Below the pieces are notes generated by a model. That model was not told the DNA's origin, made no database searches, and saw nothing but the letters and a program-made list of their open reading frames with translations. Both the position numbers and the translations under genes were made by a program. DNA of 64,000 nt, taken from the NCBI RefSeq assembly GCF_009914755.1, contig NC_060929.1. One strand, written 5' to 3'. Shown one piece after another: positions 1 to 11,849 of this stretch; within the stretch, counting starts at the first letter, position 1; each line of letters opens with the position of its first letter. Origin of the DNA: the human T2T-CHM13v2.0 reference genome, Homo sapiens.

Positions 1-532
1 GGGCTGACCAGAGGCTATCACAGATTGGCCAACGGGAGAAAGCAAGCCAGCCCTTTCAGATGCCAGTATGGCAATGTCCTCAGCCACAGATTCAAGAACC
101 ACAGCTGCCCTTTACATTGGCTTGATGTGCATGATGAGACCTCCAATAGGGGAGAAAGTGCCCACTGAATCATGAGAAGGATAGCTCAGTCCCTCTTTTT
201 TATGATTTTTTCTCTGAGGGGTGATGCTAGGCTGGAAGGAGAAAAGAAACCAGTTCTTTCCTGTATTTCAGCACTTAGTCTTAGATCAGTGGCTCCTAGA
301 CAGCAGTCAAACTATGCAGGAATCTCTGCCTTGTGCCAATTTAAAATTCTGAGTAATTTCAGAATTTTTGAGATGCTGCATAAGTAACAGGGGTAGGGAG
401 GAAGTTAAAGCTTCCAGACTGGAAAGAGGCAGAAGATCAGCACCAGCCCTCAGCAGTGCTCCCACTTCTTTCTCCTCAACCTTCCTCCAAGAGACCTTGT
501 GCAGAGAGAAAAGTCAGAAAAAACTCACTGGA

Positions 533-848
<316 letters not shown>

Positions 849-1422
849 TCACTGGAGTGTTCAAATAATACCTGAGAGCCATACTAATCTTTGTGCAATA
901 ATGAACACCTTGCCATTAATGTGATGCCCACCAGAGTACCAAAATATGTTGGACTAATCCACACTCAGACATGGAATTCACTCAACTAACGCCTTATTAT
1001 AAACTGCATGTAAACAGTCTTGAAGGATACCTATGCTTTGCTTCTGAATGACTGCCAAAGATAGGTTTAGTGTTATGGCCCAAGATGTCCCACCCCTTCC
1101 AGTAAATGGCCACTGGTTTGCTCGAAGGTAGTTAGATCACCATCAAGTTCCTCAGGATAAGAAGCACTCCTACATGACAAACCAGGAGTCTCATCTACAT
1201 ACCAGCAAATCAATAAAGCCCATAATAAAGGCATGAAATCATCAAGGATGTGCAAATACAACAGAGCGAGGGAAAACTAAACAGAAATCCTACTCTCTGG
1301 TCAACCAGGGCTCTTCAACAGGATTAATAATTAGTGTGTGCTGGCTTCCCTTGAGCTACATGTTTGACTCTTCAAAAGCCTTCAGTAATACTTCCCTGCA
1401 AAAGTTTTAAGATATACACATG

Positions 1423-1425
<3 letters not shown>

Positions 1426-1458
<33 letters not shown>
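1426..1458. repeat. (CA)n microsatellite
   Basis: About 16 perfect CA units. Confidence 0.97.
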
Positions 1459-1460
<2 letters not shown>

Positions 1461-3268
1461 CCCCTGAGGCACCGTGTGTCCAAGGAGAATAAAGCAGGGA
1501 TATTTCTCTGACAAGAAAATGATGAATCAATCTTGAAACCCACCTTTAATATTTCTGGGTGGTGAGATGCCAAGCTGAAGGGGAGAGTCATCTTCAGAAG
1601 TGAGTCAAAAGGGGACAAGGAGCTTCACAGAATCAAACTCTAAGCCTAAAAAGTCCAAAGGAAGGTCACATTTTCCAATCTCCCTATTTTTCAGAAGGAG
1701 AACACTGAGACCCGGGGTGGTACATTTATCTCAAGTGAAACTGCTAATGAGGAGCAATGCTGAAATACAGAATCCTGGTCTCCCAAATTCCATGAGTGCC
1801 TGAGTCACTTGTGGTGTGGCTGATCCTGGCAGATGTAGAGATGAGGGACCTGAGACTTGTCCCTTTGGGCCAGAAAGTTTAAAGGGCCTGGTGTCTGGAT
1901 GGTGTATTCCCCCATGAAAGCAAATCAGAACTAAGGAGCAGGCCCTCTGTCATTTCTCTTGGCCCATTACTCCCCATCCCCCACCTCCACCCTACACAGG
2001 GGCCTCCTAAGATCTGAGGAACAGTAAACTTTATCTTATCGGCTGTTTGGGAAAAAACTGTCATTTGATCTGTTTATTTGGAAGCCAGCCCTGCTGAGCT
2101 CAAGAGTTTGCTATGAGGCCAGCTAGAGTGAATTCGTTTGGGGGCTGCTGCTTTACAGCCCTGGACATATGGCTCAATGCATAGCTTTATTTTGAAGAAT
2201 CCTGTACACACAGCTCTAGAATTTGCTGAGGGATGAATCACCTGTGCCCTTCATTTAGTGTTGTAGGTGGGTAACTTTGTCCTGTTAGAGTCTAGATTAA
2301 TGTCTTGGTTAAAAAGTAAGCACTTGTTTTCTGAATATCAAAGCAAGAGTCTACTCCTCTACTTCTTTGGGGATGTATTCAAACTCAGCCGTGTGTTTGT
2401 GTGTGTGAATTTCTGTCACCCAGAACAAGAACCTTGAATCAAACCTAGACAGATTGTTACCCCATTGGTTCAGGACCCACCTTTCAAACCCATGCGGGGA
2501 AGCCTACGAAAATACTGGTAGCAGTGGATGCTTTCCTGCAGCTCACAACCTTCTCCCTGGGACCACTGTAAAGAGCTCATGCTTTTACTTTCCACCCATT
2601 TCTAATAAGCTCGTTAGTGAGAAATTCCCAGAAAATGGAAGAGTTCGCTTGCATTTTCTGATCTGAATGCACAGAACATTCTGTCAGGCTCTAGGAGACA
2701 GACAATTTAAACCAGAACATCACTAAACACAGAGCAGCTGATACTAATTCCTTCCCAGCCCGTGTCTTTCCCACCCAAGCTGAAATCATCTGGGGGCTGG
2801 AGCTGAGAGTGGATGCGGAAAGCAGGCTTGCTGCTTCTTAATGAGCGCCCCCGCTTACATTCCTCTTAGCATAAAGTGCTTGCTGCAGGTGGGACTCACG
2901 CTCTCCATAATTCCTCAGGGAGTTGCACTGAAGTGGAGAGCATGCTTTTAATTTAATGGGAAAAACAAAAAGCAGGAGTAGTTACTCAAACTAAAACCAA
3001 CAGCTTAGACCCCGAGGAAATAAGCAATGAGGAGGACCACGTAAGACCAGAGAACAAGCCTGTCTTCCTGTGGGGTAAGACAGGGGAAAGAGACCCATGC
3101 GAGCAGCACACAAACGTCGCCTAGAACGGAAGGGGCAAAGGAAACCTGAATAGACAGAAAGTGGTCTTCTCCAAAACTAGCAGGAAGCGAATGCCCAGTA
3201 CCAGAGTGCGCTGCACCGGCAGCTCTCCATCCCTCCATCCCACCGTGCCCGGGGTCCTGCCTTCTTAC

Positions 3269-3698
3269 CTGCAATTCCTTGCAACAGCCCACAGACATTG
3301 AAGATGCTTTTCTTCATGATGCTCTGTACACACATGGTGAAGACGGACACCAAGGCCACCATGCAGAGAATAAAGATTCCCACAGCCAGGAAAATAGCTG
3401 TGGCCTGCCAGAAGCCGCTGGCGATCTCGCCGAAGCTCTCGGCGTAGGGCCCGCACAGCGTGTCCCGCTGGAAGTGCTGCACCCCTGGGTTCCGGATGCA
3501 GCGGGCGTAGATGCCCAGGGTGGGGTGGTAGGGCTCCGGGGAGCCCCCGCCCGGGCCCGCCGGCTCCACGCCGCCGCGGCTCCTCGCTTTCCCGATCAGC
3601 CAGTCTGCACTCATGAAGGCAATGAGCTCGGCAAAAGCCACCACAATACTCAGCAAGGTCCAGAGCATCGAGCGACAGGTGACAATGACATGACACAT
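3269..3698 (-). CDS. LHFPL2: LHFPL tetraspan subfamily member 2, first coding exon (143 codons + 1 nt, phase-1 donor); rest of CDS lies outside the window (lower coordinates)
   Basis: Translation [36 protein letters not shown]...[50 protein letters not shown] matches the LHFPL2 N-terminus, with hydrophobic TM segments and the LHFP-family 'LGIYARC' and 'FWQA' motifs. ATG at 3698 has A at -3. Donor CAG|GTAAGA at 3269/3268. Confidence 0.97.
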
Positions 3699-3883
3699 AT
3701 TGATGTTCCGGGCGAAGAAAGAGTCAGGAGTCCACGGAGTTAATCAAAACAAGAAAGTCGGTGGGGAAGGAGGCTCGGGCGGCCCGGGAAGGAAGTCGCA
3801 GCTGCAGTCATTCACTCCCGCCGCCGGCCGCGTTCATGCTGGGGACAGCGCTCCCGGACCCAGAGCACCGCCTGCGGCCTCAC
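3699..3883 (-). other. LHFPL2: 5'UTR part (185 nt) of the LHFPL2 first coding exon
   Basis: Acceptor CCCTCCCTCTCCCCTAG|GTGAGG at 3884/3883; branch-point consensus GCTAAC with A at ~3904. Confidence 0.9.
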
Positions 3884-5399
3884 CTAGGGGAGAGGGAGGG
3901 CGGTTAGCAGCGCCGCCAGGCCCCGCCCCGCCTTCCCGCCGCGCAGCGACACCGTCCAAGTCCGGCCCGTGCCCGCAGAACCCTGCCAGCAAGCCCCGGG
4001 CCTGGCTAGCATGCCAGGCGGTTGTTGCACTGGCTGCGTTTGTTTCAAGTTCTTCCTGACCTCACTGCACTTAGAACTCTATGTGGCAGTTAACCTTATC
4101 TCTAGGGAGCACCATGGAAGAAGGCGGCCAGTGCCAGGTCCTGCTCCCAACCCAGGGGGCACTGTCCTGGTTGCTGCTGCACTTTTAGGACAGGGCTCCC
4201 GCTCCCTCATCTTTTACTGGAAAAAGTCAAACAGCACAGGGATCCAGAGAGGAGGAGGCAAGACTGGCAATCAACTCTATTAGTGGATGTTTTGTTTTGT
4301 TTTTAAGTTTGCAAGACTTTTTGCCTGCTGTTTTGGTACTAGGTGAGCTAAGTTTTGAGAAACTTGGACCAAGCGCTTTTGCTTAACAGTAGAGAGTAGC
4401 AACACCCCGCTTTTATTTCCTCGAAATTAAATTACTAGCAGAGACATAAGTGTGTTTGCTTCATAGGTAAATAGGAAAGAATCACATGTAAAAGAATAAA
4501 CAAAACATTGCTCCCATACCTATACTTTATCCATTTTTCACAGGGTGATTTTTAGACAAAATAATTTACACTAATTAAAACTCAGAGGGGGAAAAAAAAA
4601 ACCTTAAGAGTTCATGACTTACTTGGGGAAATTATTTTTAAAAGACATTAATGACCGTTAACTAAGCATCATTACAACTGAGTGGACTTGTTGACAACAG
4701 AACCTTGTCTATGAAGAATGCATCCCTTGAATTGTCCCAATTCATCCCATGTGCCTCTGCCTAAGCTTCGATTCACCCCAGGTCGGGAACTCAACATGCC
4801 CATTGTTTCTCATTTCACAGAGGCCTCATTCTGTCTCCACGGAGGAATGACTTCATTACCAGAAGACATTGCTCCAGTGGCTCAAGCCTTCTTCAGAGGA
4901 GTCTGGACCCTGAAATGGGGGCCAGCAGGGCTGGTTTGCAGCCCCATTTTCTGCCCCATTCCAAGGCCAGGAACAATCACATAGCTCACATCTGGGCACA
5001 TGGCCCTGCTCTGAATGATTAGATCTCATTAACCGAGGTCAAATCAACTCCATGAGAACTGCAAAGAGCCCCCTGGCATGTTGGGAGTGGGGTGAGGCAG
5101 GGAGTTATCGAAGAGGAAGAGAAGCGGAGAAATAAGGAAGCCCAGTGTCAAAGCTTAAAATGCCCGTTTCTACACCCTGCACCAGCTGTCTGCCTGCTGG
5201 CTGACTTCCTAGTGAGCATGTGACTCTACCCATCCCTTGAAACATGATGTATTTTAAAATCCTCATATCATGGTAGTTGCTATACAAGATGCTATTTTGG
5301 GGACACAGCTAGTGCACTACTAGGAACATATGCACTTAATTGTCAGGGTGTGTGTGCGTGTGTCACAGCGCTGTGCCAAGCACTGGGTAAGGGAAGGGA

Positions 5400-5582
5400 G
5401 TCCATCAGGTATGGGTTCCAAAGCCAGCTCCAGCACTGACCATATCGATGCCTAACTTCTCAGAGCTCCCTCGTCTGAGCCGGTAAGGGTAGCCTACCTC
5501 ACCAGATTGTTGCAAGGAATGAACAAGAACCTACTGAAGCACCCAGCACAGTGCCTGGCAGAGTAAGTGCTCAACAAATATC
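5400..5582 (+). mobile_element. MIR fragment
   Basis: Degenerate MIR core and end: CCTACCTCAC...GATTGTTG...CAGCACAGTGCCTGGCA..AGTAAGTGCTCAACAAATA. Confidence 0.65.
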
Positions 5583-5822
5583 AACTCCCTGCCCTCCGAA
5601 GCTTTTCCTGTAACATAGATGACACCGTTCAGACAACTATTGATCCAACTGAGGTGCCCAGCAGATTACAGAAACCTGGCCACTGCACACAGAAAACATT
5701 AAGCACAGGCTACTTAGAGATGGACGAAGTCATTCATGTCTAAACTTACCTTGCAGCCTTCAAGGGCAGAGTCCTGGTCTTCCTGTTTCCCCACTACCTA
5801 ACTCAGCTGGTGTTTTTATATT

Positions 5823-5921
5823 GGATATACCTTCTGGCTGAATGCTAATTTATCTCCACCAGCTGGATAATTTATATCCAACTGGTGGAGATAAATTAGC
5901 ATTCAGCCAGAAGGTATATCC
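5823..5921. repeat. Near-perfect inverted repeat: 47-bp arms, 5-nt loop
   Basis: 5823-5869 is the reverse complement of 5875-5921 with one mismatch (C5863/A5881). Confidence 0.97.
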
Positions 5922-6240
5922 TACTCCGACTCACTCATTCTCAGCTCCCTCCTCCAGATAGTACCAAACAGAAAGCCTTTTGAGAAAAAAGTTACTAAGG
6001 GCTTTAGAGGAGATTGTTTGTAATGAAAATGATCATTCTAAAAGAGAACAAGAAAATGAGCCACAAGGACTCCCAGGAGGCCCTGAGAGGCTGCACGTAC
6101 CCATCAGGCTCACAAATACTTTGGGCCCACAGGTGGCAAGCCCAGCCTGTTGAGAGCTATAAAGCCTTCCCATTTGATTAGAAAACCATTTTACTGTTAT
6201 GCACAATCTCTTTCCCATCCCTTTTCTCTGTTAAATGTAA

Positions 6241-6538
6241 TTTTTCTTTTCTTTTTTTTTTTTTTTTAGATGGGGTCTCACTGTGTCACCCAGGCTGGAG
6301 TGCAGTGGCATGATCTCGGCTCACTGCAACCTCTCTGCCTCCCCTCTCCTGCCTCAGCATCCAGAGCAGCTGGGATTACAAGCACACACGACCATGCCTG
6401 GCTAAATTTTTGTATTTTTAGTAGAGATGGGGTTTCAGCATGTTGGCCAGGCTGGTCTCAAACTCATGACCTCAGGTGATCACCCACCTTGGCCTCCCAA
6501 AGTGCTAGGATTACAGGCGTGTGCAACCACCCCTGCCT
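6241..6538 (-). mobile_element. AluS with small internal deletion
   Basis: Poly-T followed by antisense Alu; TSD AATGTAATTTTT. Confidence 0.95.
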
Positions 6539-7035
6539 GAATGTAATTTTTCAATGAGAACATTCATATTTGTCCTCTTGCAGAACTGCAGGGCTCCTAC
6601 AACCTCTCGGGTGACTTGTATCTTAATGACTACTCGAGTGTCCACTGCCCTGGCCAGCAAGCTCTACTCAGAGTAAGGAATGCAATTAGTTTGCAGCTTC
6701 TGAAGAAAAAGGCTGTAAAAGTTCAGGACAGGAGAAGATGGGACATCTGGGCTTAGCAAAATGCCTGAGAACAATTTGAAGGCAGGATTACTTAAGGACC
6801 CACATGCTTAAGTAAAAATAATATAGTTCCCTCTCCTTTATGCTAAAACATTTCCTCATTCACTGCACCAAATTCTCACACCCATACAAGATTGGCTGGG
6901 ATAAGGGCTTCATTCTTCTGTTTTCAATAGGGGGATAAGATGCTCTGTTCTCCCTAGTAAGTTTGCTAACTGCTACTATCAGAGGAACAGTGGTGATACG
7001 CAAGGCTGACTAAAATCGAGGCTTCCTGGGGGTGG

Positions 7036-7393
7036 TGATATGGTTTAGCTGTGTCCGCACCCAAATCTCATCTTGAATTGTAGCTCCCATAATTCTCACG
7101 TGTTATGGGAAGGGCCCGGTGGAAGATAATTGAATCATGGGGGTGGATCCCCCATACTGTTCTCATGGTAGTGAATAAGTCTCACAAGATCTGGTGGTTT
7201 TATAAGGGGAACCTCTTTCACTTAGTTCTCATTCTCTCTTGTCTGCCACCATGTAAGACATGCCTTTCGCCTTCAGCCATGTTTGTGAGGCCTCCCCAGT
7301 CATGCAGAACTGTGAGTTCATTAAACCTCTTTTTCTTTATAAATTACCCAGTCTCACGTATGTCTTTATCAGCAGTGTAAAAACGGACTAACA
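7036..7393 (+). mobile_element. THE1 (THE1C-like) MaLR solo LTR
   Basis: Begins TGATATGGTTT..CTGTGTCC.CACCCAAATCTCATCTTGAATTGTAGCTCCC and ends ..CAGCAGTGT..AAACGGACTAACA. Confidence 0.9.
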
Positions 7394-8309
7394 GAGGCTG
7401 CAAGCAAAGTTCTCAGGGTGGCAGGACAAGGGACCATCTGGAAGTGCAGCAGGGGGCTTCTGCAGTGGTTTGTGCTCTGTCCCAGTTTGGCTAGGTGCAC
7501 TGAAAGGCAGGTACCTGCTGAGACATCTGTATCAAAGGGGAAAGAGATCCTCATGACAGAACCTTATTAACCACAGGGATACGAGGCACAGCCCTCTTCG
7601 GCCTGGCATCCGTTGCTATTAACCATAATGCCTGCTTCCACAAAGCCCATTTCATAAACTAGGCCCTCGCTGCCATTCTACCTAAAAGACTTCTTCTCTA
7701 CGGGCCACTAAATACGTTTCCCCTCGACAACACCTGACCTTACTATCACATCCCAGGTGATTGTGGATCATCTAGACAGCCCTCTGATGTTCAGAAAATG
7801 ATGACTGGCACAACGGTGTGCAAAGTAAAGCCTCTTCACTTAAAAAAAAAAAAAAAGACAAATGAGAATCCTGCAGAAACCTACATTAATACCAGAGAAT
7901 AGGGAGCAAAGAGGAGTTTCAAAATGGCTGGTCTGTGGGAGTCAGTCCTATGTACAGATTCTTCCCAGAGCCCTAATTTGAAAAGGTAGAGTGAAGGTCC
8001 TCAGTAGAGCTGAGCCGGGGTTTGTCACTTAGATCCCGGATCTGTCTTTGGCAGCTTCCTGCTGTCAGCAGGGAAGAAAGTGTATGTGAAGCCAGAACCA
8101 CCCAGTGCCCGCCGGCTGGATCACCCGGACAGAAACTCAGGAGCAAAGTTCACATCTACCTGGAAAGAATGAGGGAAACCTGAAGGATGTCAATCAAGGT
8201 TGCATCAAAAAGCTCTCACTCCCCACCCTGATGGGAACAGCACACCCAAAGAATGATGCCAGGACAAACAATGTTTTGAAGAACACTACCTTGCTTACTC
8301 ACCCTGGTT

Positions 8310-8900
8310 CTGTTTTTCAACTTTTTTATGAACGTTTTCAAACATAAAGTTGGCAAGAACAGACAATGATCACCCACATACCCAACACCCAGATTCAACA
8401 TTTGTTAACATTTTCCCGTATTTGTTCCATCAATTTATAGCATACACACTCACACATTTTCTGAACTATCTGAAAATGAGTTGCAGATGTTCTGACACTT
8501 CACCCCTAAATACTTTAGCATACACCTCCTAAAAATAAGAACATTTTCCTATATAACCACAACAAGATTAGCACACCCAAGAGAATGGACAATAATCCCC
8601 TTATATCCAAAGCCTAGTTCCTACTCAAATTTCCCTACCCCTGCCCTGTTTTTAATAGCTGTTTTCTTAAAACCATGACTCAATCACAGCTCATGCATTG
8701 CATTTGATTAGGTTCTTTTAGTCAAGAATAGTCTTCCCACCCCAACCTATTCCACCCCATCCCAATTATTTTCCCCGACATTGACTATTTGAAGATACTG
8801 GGCTAGTTGTCCTACAAAATACTTGACAATCTGGATTTGTCGATTTCCTCATGATTTCATTTCAACTTGTTCTCTATCCTCTATTTCAGAGAAACTGGAA
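8310..8900 (-). mobile_element. Old L1 (L1M-type) 3' fragment
   Basis: Resembles degenerate antisense L1M 3'UTR (e.g. CACCCAGATTCAACATTTGTTAACATTTT, CACTTCACCCCTAAATACTT). Confidence 0.55.
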
Positions 8901-9094
8901 GTTACATCTAAAGGCTAGACTGGTAGATGCTTGGCCGATCTCTGTTTTCACTCTTGCAATCTCCCTCAGACACATGAATCCCACAAGGGTCAGCAATATG
9001 GCCTCCATCCCCGTTTCTTCTGCAAGGATGGGAGGATTAAGAGAATTAGAATGTATGTGCTTTTGCCTTCCAAGAGTTGGAAAGACCCTCCAGA

Positions 9095-9250
9095 GTGTTG
9101 CTTCTTAAAGTGTGGGTTCCTGGACCATCTCCCAGAGGAGAATGACAGCTACCTGTTTTAAAAAGTACATTCCTGGTCCCCAACCAACCACTGAATCAAA
9201 CTTTTTGGATGGTGCCAGAATCTGCATTTCTAACAAGTTCCTAGGAGAGC
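9095..9250. mobile_element. MER5A-like hAT-Charlie fragment
   Basis: CTTCTTAAAGTGTGG...GAATCTGCATTTCTAACAAGTTCC. Confidence 0.7.
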
Positions 9251-9844
9251 CTTTCACAGAAAGGCCACTGTGAGGCAGCGTGGAAAAGGTCAGTTCCTTG
9301 GTATTGGGGAGGGGAGGCTGAAGGGCAGAGGCAGGAGGAATGTGGCCTGGCTCAGTCAGGACAGACCCAGCAGCCAGACCACCTGTCCCCTGCACAGCTC
9401 ATGATGCCTCCCAGGTCACAGGGCCCAGTGACTGTAGGGAAACCAGCTGTTCTCCCAGCTCATCTGTTGTCTGATAATCCTCGTACAGCATGAAACGATC
9501 TGCCCAAACATTCAGGTCCTTCTCTTCAGAAGACAAAAGGAGCCTTAAGAACTGGAAGGATAGTGTTGGCACAAAAAGTACAGGACTTTGCATGACTTAA
9601 AAAAAAATGTACCAAAGGAGGTTTTGAAACTCTCATTCTGGCCACCCCGTAAAACACATTCACTACAGAAATACAGACATCTTGATTATATTTAAGAGGA
9701 CCCAAATGCACTAACAATTCTATTATTCTTTAGGGTACAGTCTAAACATGCTCAAGACCTCCTGCTTTTGCCAATTTCCTTGGCTCAACTTCTGATCGAC
9801 TCCTCTTCTCCATCCCATCTCTGACTTCTGGGAAAACTCTGAAG

Positions 9845-10040
9845 CTATGGTTCCCAATTAGGGGCAATTCTGTCCCCACACCAACTTTGCAGGGGACGTT
9901 TGGCAATGTCTGAAGGCATTTGGGGCTGTCACAGCTGTGGGGGTAGGGGTGTGTGCTACTGGTATCTGGTGGACAGGGGCGCTGCCAAACAAAAATTACC
10001 TGGCCCCAAATGTCAGTATCGTCAATGTTGAGAAACCCTG
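9845..10040 (+). mobile_element. MER20 hAT-Charlie MITE
   Basis: GGGGACGTTTGGCAATGTCTG...GGCCCCAAATGTCA...GTTGAGAAACCCTG. Confidence 0.85.
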
Positions 10041-10927
10041 CTCTGGGGGCTTCTCACAGAGGGCAATTTTGAATGTATAGGAGCAACTTGAGATGATTTT
10101 TAAGATCTATTTTTAAAAGGTCTATTCTGATGCGTATGTCTATAATCTGCGCATTCATGATATTTACTAAATTAAATATATTTTTAGTTGTTTTTCTCCA
10201 TTTTTAAAAAAGGCCATGCTAGTTTGGATGTCCAAGATGACAGGATGATAGGGACTGGGGCCCCCGAAGCCAGGGCAGACTGACTCAGAACCTTGTGCCC
10301 TTGAGCCTGTCTTTCCTGGGGTCCTGGGTGGTCTCTGCATCACACGCTAAAGTTAACTTCTGTTTTCATAAATCTCTATTCTGCGAATGGCAAAATGGGG
10401 CTCCCCATTCATTACTGTTACCTTTCTTCACCTACACCTGAGGGGCCTGGACACGGGTTCAGAAAACTGCATGGTTGGCCACACAGGCTTCTGCTTCTCT
10501 CAAACTCCTCTCCTCCAGAGTTGGGCTGGTCACTCAGGAGGTACTCAGGTGGCCTTGGCCACCCCAAATCTCAGGGAATCTCAAGGACCCTACAAGGTAG
10601 ACCTATAAGATTTTCAGGCATTCTGATTCTTACCTGACCCCTCTTAAACATGCTTCTTTTCCCCTTGAAACTGTTGACATTCTCAGCTGCCTCGCAGCCC
10701 CTCCCTCCAAACACACCTGAACAAGTCTCTTTTTCTCTGGGCATGGGATCCCCCACTGAGCTCTTTTGACCCCCATGCTCACTGCCAAGTTTGTTGTTTA
10801 ATGCACCCATCCTGGCCAGTCATAGGTTTCTTTCTTGATGCCAACTCCAACTCCTCCTGTATCCAATTAATCTACCTCTGGCCACTCATTTCTAGAGGCC
10901 ATTTTCACCCTCCCATCCTGAGGCATC

Positions 10928-11289
10928 TGTATTAGTCTGTTCTCATGCTGCTAATAAAGACATACCCGAAACTGGGTAATTTATAAAGGAAAGAGGTTTA
11001 ATGGACTCACAGTTCCACATGGCTGGGGAGACCTCACAATCATGGCAGAAGGTGAATGAGGAGCAAAGGTACACCTTACATGGCAGCAGGCAAGGAAGCA
11101 TGTGCAGGGGAACTGCCCTTTATAAAACCATCAGATCTCGTGAGACTATTGACTATCATGAGAACAGCATGGGAAAAACTCGCCCCCATGATTCAATTAC
11201 CTCCCATTGGGTCCCTCCCATGACATGTGGGGATTATGGGAGCTACAATTCAAATGAGATTTGGGTGGGGACACAGCCAAACCATACCA
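10928..11289 (-). mobile_element. THE1 MaLR solo LTR
   Basis: TGTATTAGTCTGTTCTCATGCTGCTAATAAAGACATACCC...GACACAGCCAAACCATACCA; perfect 5-bp TSD GCATC. Confidence 0.93.
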
Positions 11290-11773
11290 GCATCTATAGC
11301 CAGAGACGGAAGGTCCACTTGTCTGGTCCTATTTTCTAAATGATTCCTTCTCTTCTAAAGCCCACTTGCGTATTTTATGTTTGTTTTCCCTCTATTTCTA
11401 CAAATGTCCTCATCTAAAAGCTCTTTAGGGGGCAAGTCTTTCTTTGTGTGTCTGTCCGACAGGCAGGAGGGGCTGAATAAACCAACCTCTAAGGTAGACA
11501 TTAAAATCTGATGTAGCCCAGATGCCATAAGCCGGGGCCATATGCCTATGCCTGTACAGACCATAGGGTCAAAAGCATTTTCAGTTTTACATGAAATTAA
11601 AACTTGAATTTCAGGAGTTGCCTTTTAATGCCACTGCTTTATAGGAATTTTAAATGAAAGGTGTTTCTCAAGTTTATAATGAATTCTGTGATACTGGGCA
11701 AAATATAAGTCTTAAAGTGAACCTCTTGTGTCTTCTCAGGATAATAAGAGAGTTTTAACTAAGAAAAGTAACA

Positions 11774-11849
11774 GGCTGGGTACAGTGGCTCACACCTATA
11801 ATCCCAACACTTTGGGAGGCCAAGGCGGGCAGATCACCTGCGGTCAGGG
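11774..11849 (+). mobile_element. Alu 5' fragment only (3'-truncated, no tail)
   Basis: GGCTGGGTACAGTGGCTCACACCTATAATCCC...GATCACCTGCGGTCAGG, then unrelated sequence. Confidence 0.9.

Larger units (their letters stand above)
3100..4030. promoter_or_regulatory. Intragenic CpG island over the first coding exon, with GC-box CCCCGCCCC near 3921
   Basis: Visibly high GC content and dense CpG compared with the CpG-depleted flanks. Confidence 0.8.

Noticed and set aside
3177-3268. C-terminal extension of the 173-aa ORF ([12 protein letters not shown]...)
   Set aside because: Read-through past a strong CAG|GTAAGA donor into the intron; it is not LHFPL2 protein sequence.
3265-4283. Alternative-frame and antisense ORFs (143, 154, 119, 104 aa) over the exon
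   Set aside because: Expected shadows of GC-rich, stop-poor CpG-island sequence; no recognisable domains.
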